Origin: Octopus bimaculoides
Lineage: Eukaryota
Direction: 5' to 3'
Length of the DNA: 47,281 bases
Assembly: GCF_001194135.2 (NCBI RefSeq)
Contig: NC_068987.1
Span: 90,845,284-90,892,564 of the forward strand
The translations under genes were made by a program, and so were the position numbers. Under the pieces are notes generated by a model. The model did no database searches. It worked only from the letters and a program-made list of their open reading frames with translations, and was not told the DNA's origin. Position 1 is the stretch's first letter; every line of letters begins with the position of its first letter. Of this stretch, positions 47,211 to 47,281 are shown in pieces.

Positions 47211-47281
47211 TTTGTTATAAATAGCTTTAACTCATACCCAACAAATTTGTCTCGGTCCAGTTTCTCTTAAATACTGTTCCG

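Noticed and set aside
1-47281. CRISPR arrays, rRNA, prokaryotic operons or defence systems
   Set aside because: None seen; the DNA is clearly spliceosomal-intron eukaryotic sequence

Overview
This is AT-rich, repeat-dense eukaryotic DNA. The repeat families look like those of Octopus; that assignment is from recognition and is not verified. Two intact, multi-exon housekeeping genes face each other tail-to-tail. RPL35A (60S ribosomal protein eL33) is on +, with a TCT/5'TOP start at ~496, four coding exons over 1741-11739 and 132 aa. RRM1 (ribonucleoside-diphosphate reductase large subunit) is on -, with 18 coding exons over 44138-14709, 791 aa, all catalytic residues intact, one GC-AG intron and an E2F/CCAAT promoter. 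The introns hold decayed piggyBac, maT/mariner, MULE-like foldback, RTE, R4/Dong and SINE copies. The most interesting signal is three Penelope-derived foldback insertions in RRM1 introns. The family unit is a tRNA-like Pol III A/B-box head followed by a minimal type-I hammerhead ribozyme, and one core-intact hammerhead lies on the RRM1 sense strand. Also notable are a five-site E2F cluster in RRM1 intron 2, a foldback with a head-to-head telomere-repeat centre, and possible divergent transcripts at both promoters. No CRISPR array, rRNA or genuine tRNA gene was found. Nearly all ORFs in the supplied track are spurious or exon read-throughs.
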